A stretch of DNA of 63,747 nucleotides, the filler included, from Reticulomyxa filosa (Eukaryota; Protista; Foraminifera): NCBI GenBank assembly GCA_000512085.1. It is 23 parts of 23 records of this genome, joined end to end, with 100 filler letters (N's around TTAATTAATTAA, not from the genome) between each part and the next. Parts side by side here need not be neighbours in the genome. Positions count along the whole stretch, not along the records: positions 62,522 to 63,747 come from ASPP01000906.1; 22 more parts are not named here. The stretch is one strand, 5' to 3'. Positions 63,546-63,747 of this stretch are shown piece after piece; position 1 is the stretch's first letter; each line of letters opens with the position of its first letter. The notes beneath the pieces are model-generated. The model searched no databases. It saw only the letters and a list, made by a program, of their open reading frames with translations, and was not told where the DNA came from. The position numbers and the translations under genes were made by a program.

Positions 63546-63747
63546 TTTTTTTTTATAGTTGTTGGATTTTTGTGATATTGTTAGTATTGTGTTGTTTTAA
63601 CCTTTTTTTACCCTTTTGGCAACGTTTTGTTGCAATTAATTTTCGGGGGGATCGTCGTCGGTTCAGCATCTTTGTGGTGTTTGACTGTGATGGGTGGAAG
63701 TGACATGATTGGACAAAATACCCAACATGGAATTGGATCAAGCATCC

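Overview
This window is not one continuous locus. It holds 23 short contigs joined by an artificial 100-bp linker (44 N + TTAATTAATTAA + 44 N, stops in all six frames), so adjacency across linkers means nothing. Twenty-two contigs are AT-rich, intron-containing eukaryotic DNA. A Retaria-type beta2-tubulin, a divergent alpha-tubulin tail and lineage-typical WD40 genes point to a foraminiferan, probably Reticulomyxa filosa or a relative (inference). Recognisable genes: an SDR dehydrogenase, PRP3, two WD40 proteins, a TCAIM-like protein, a RasGEF, beta2- and alpha-tubulin, a synapsin, a Neverland/DAF-36-like Rieske oxygenase, a Tudor-like/PDZ/C2 protein, a class 3 lipase, NOG1, an A1 aspartic protease, a SAM protein, a Tctex-1 light chain, a degenerate kinesin, an RCC1-repeat protein, a 7TM receptor, Rab28, a 2H phosphoesterase, PAC2/PSMG2, a rhomboid and TAF6. 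There are also pseudogenes (ALDH6, lipase) and LINE remnants. One contig (11940-13626) is GC-rich bacterial DNA with a nitroreductase, a 28-bp inverted repeat and a family-5 ABC substrate-binding protein. The most interesting signals are a myristoylation-motif protist synapsin with an altered ATP site, a pseudo-kinesin lacking all nucleotide motifs, a very divergent alpha-tubulin C-terminus missed by the ORF track, an intron-split 2H phosphoesterase, and repeated introns with poly-A instead of polypyrimidine acceptors. No multi-gene novel system can be shown from these fragments. All family calls come from motif recognition by eye, not database searches.
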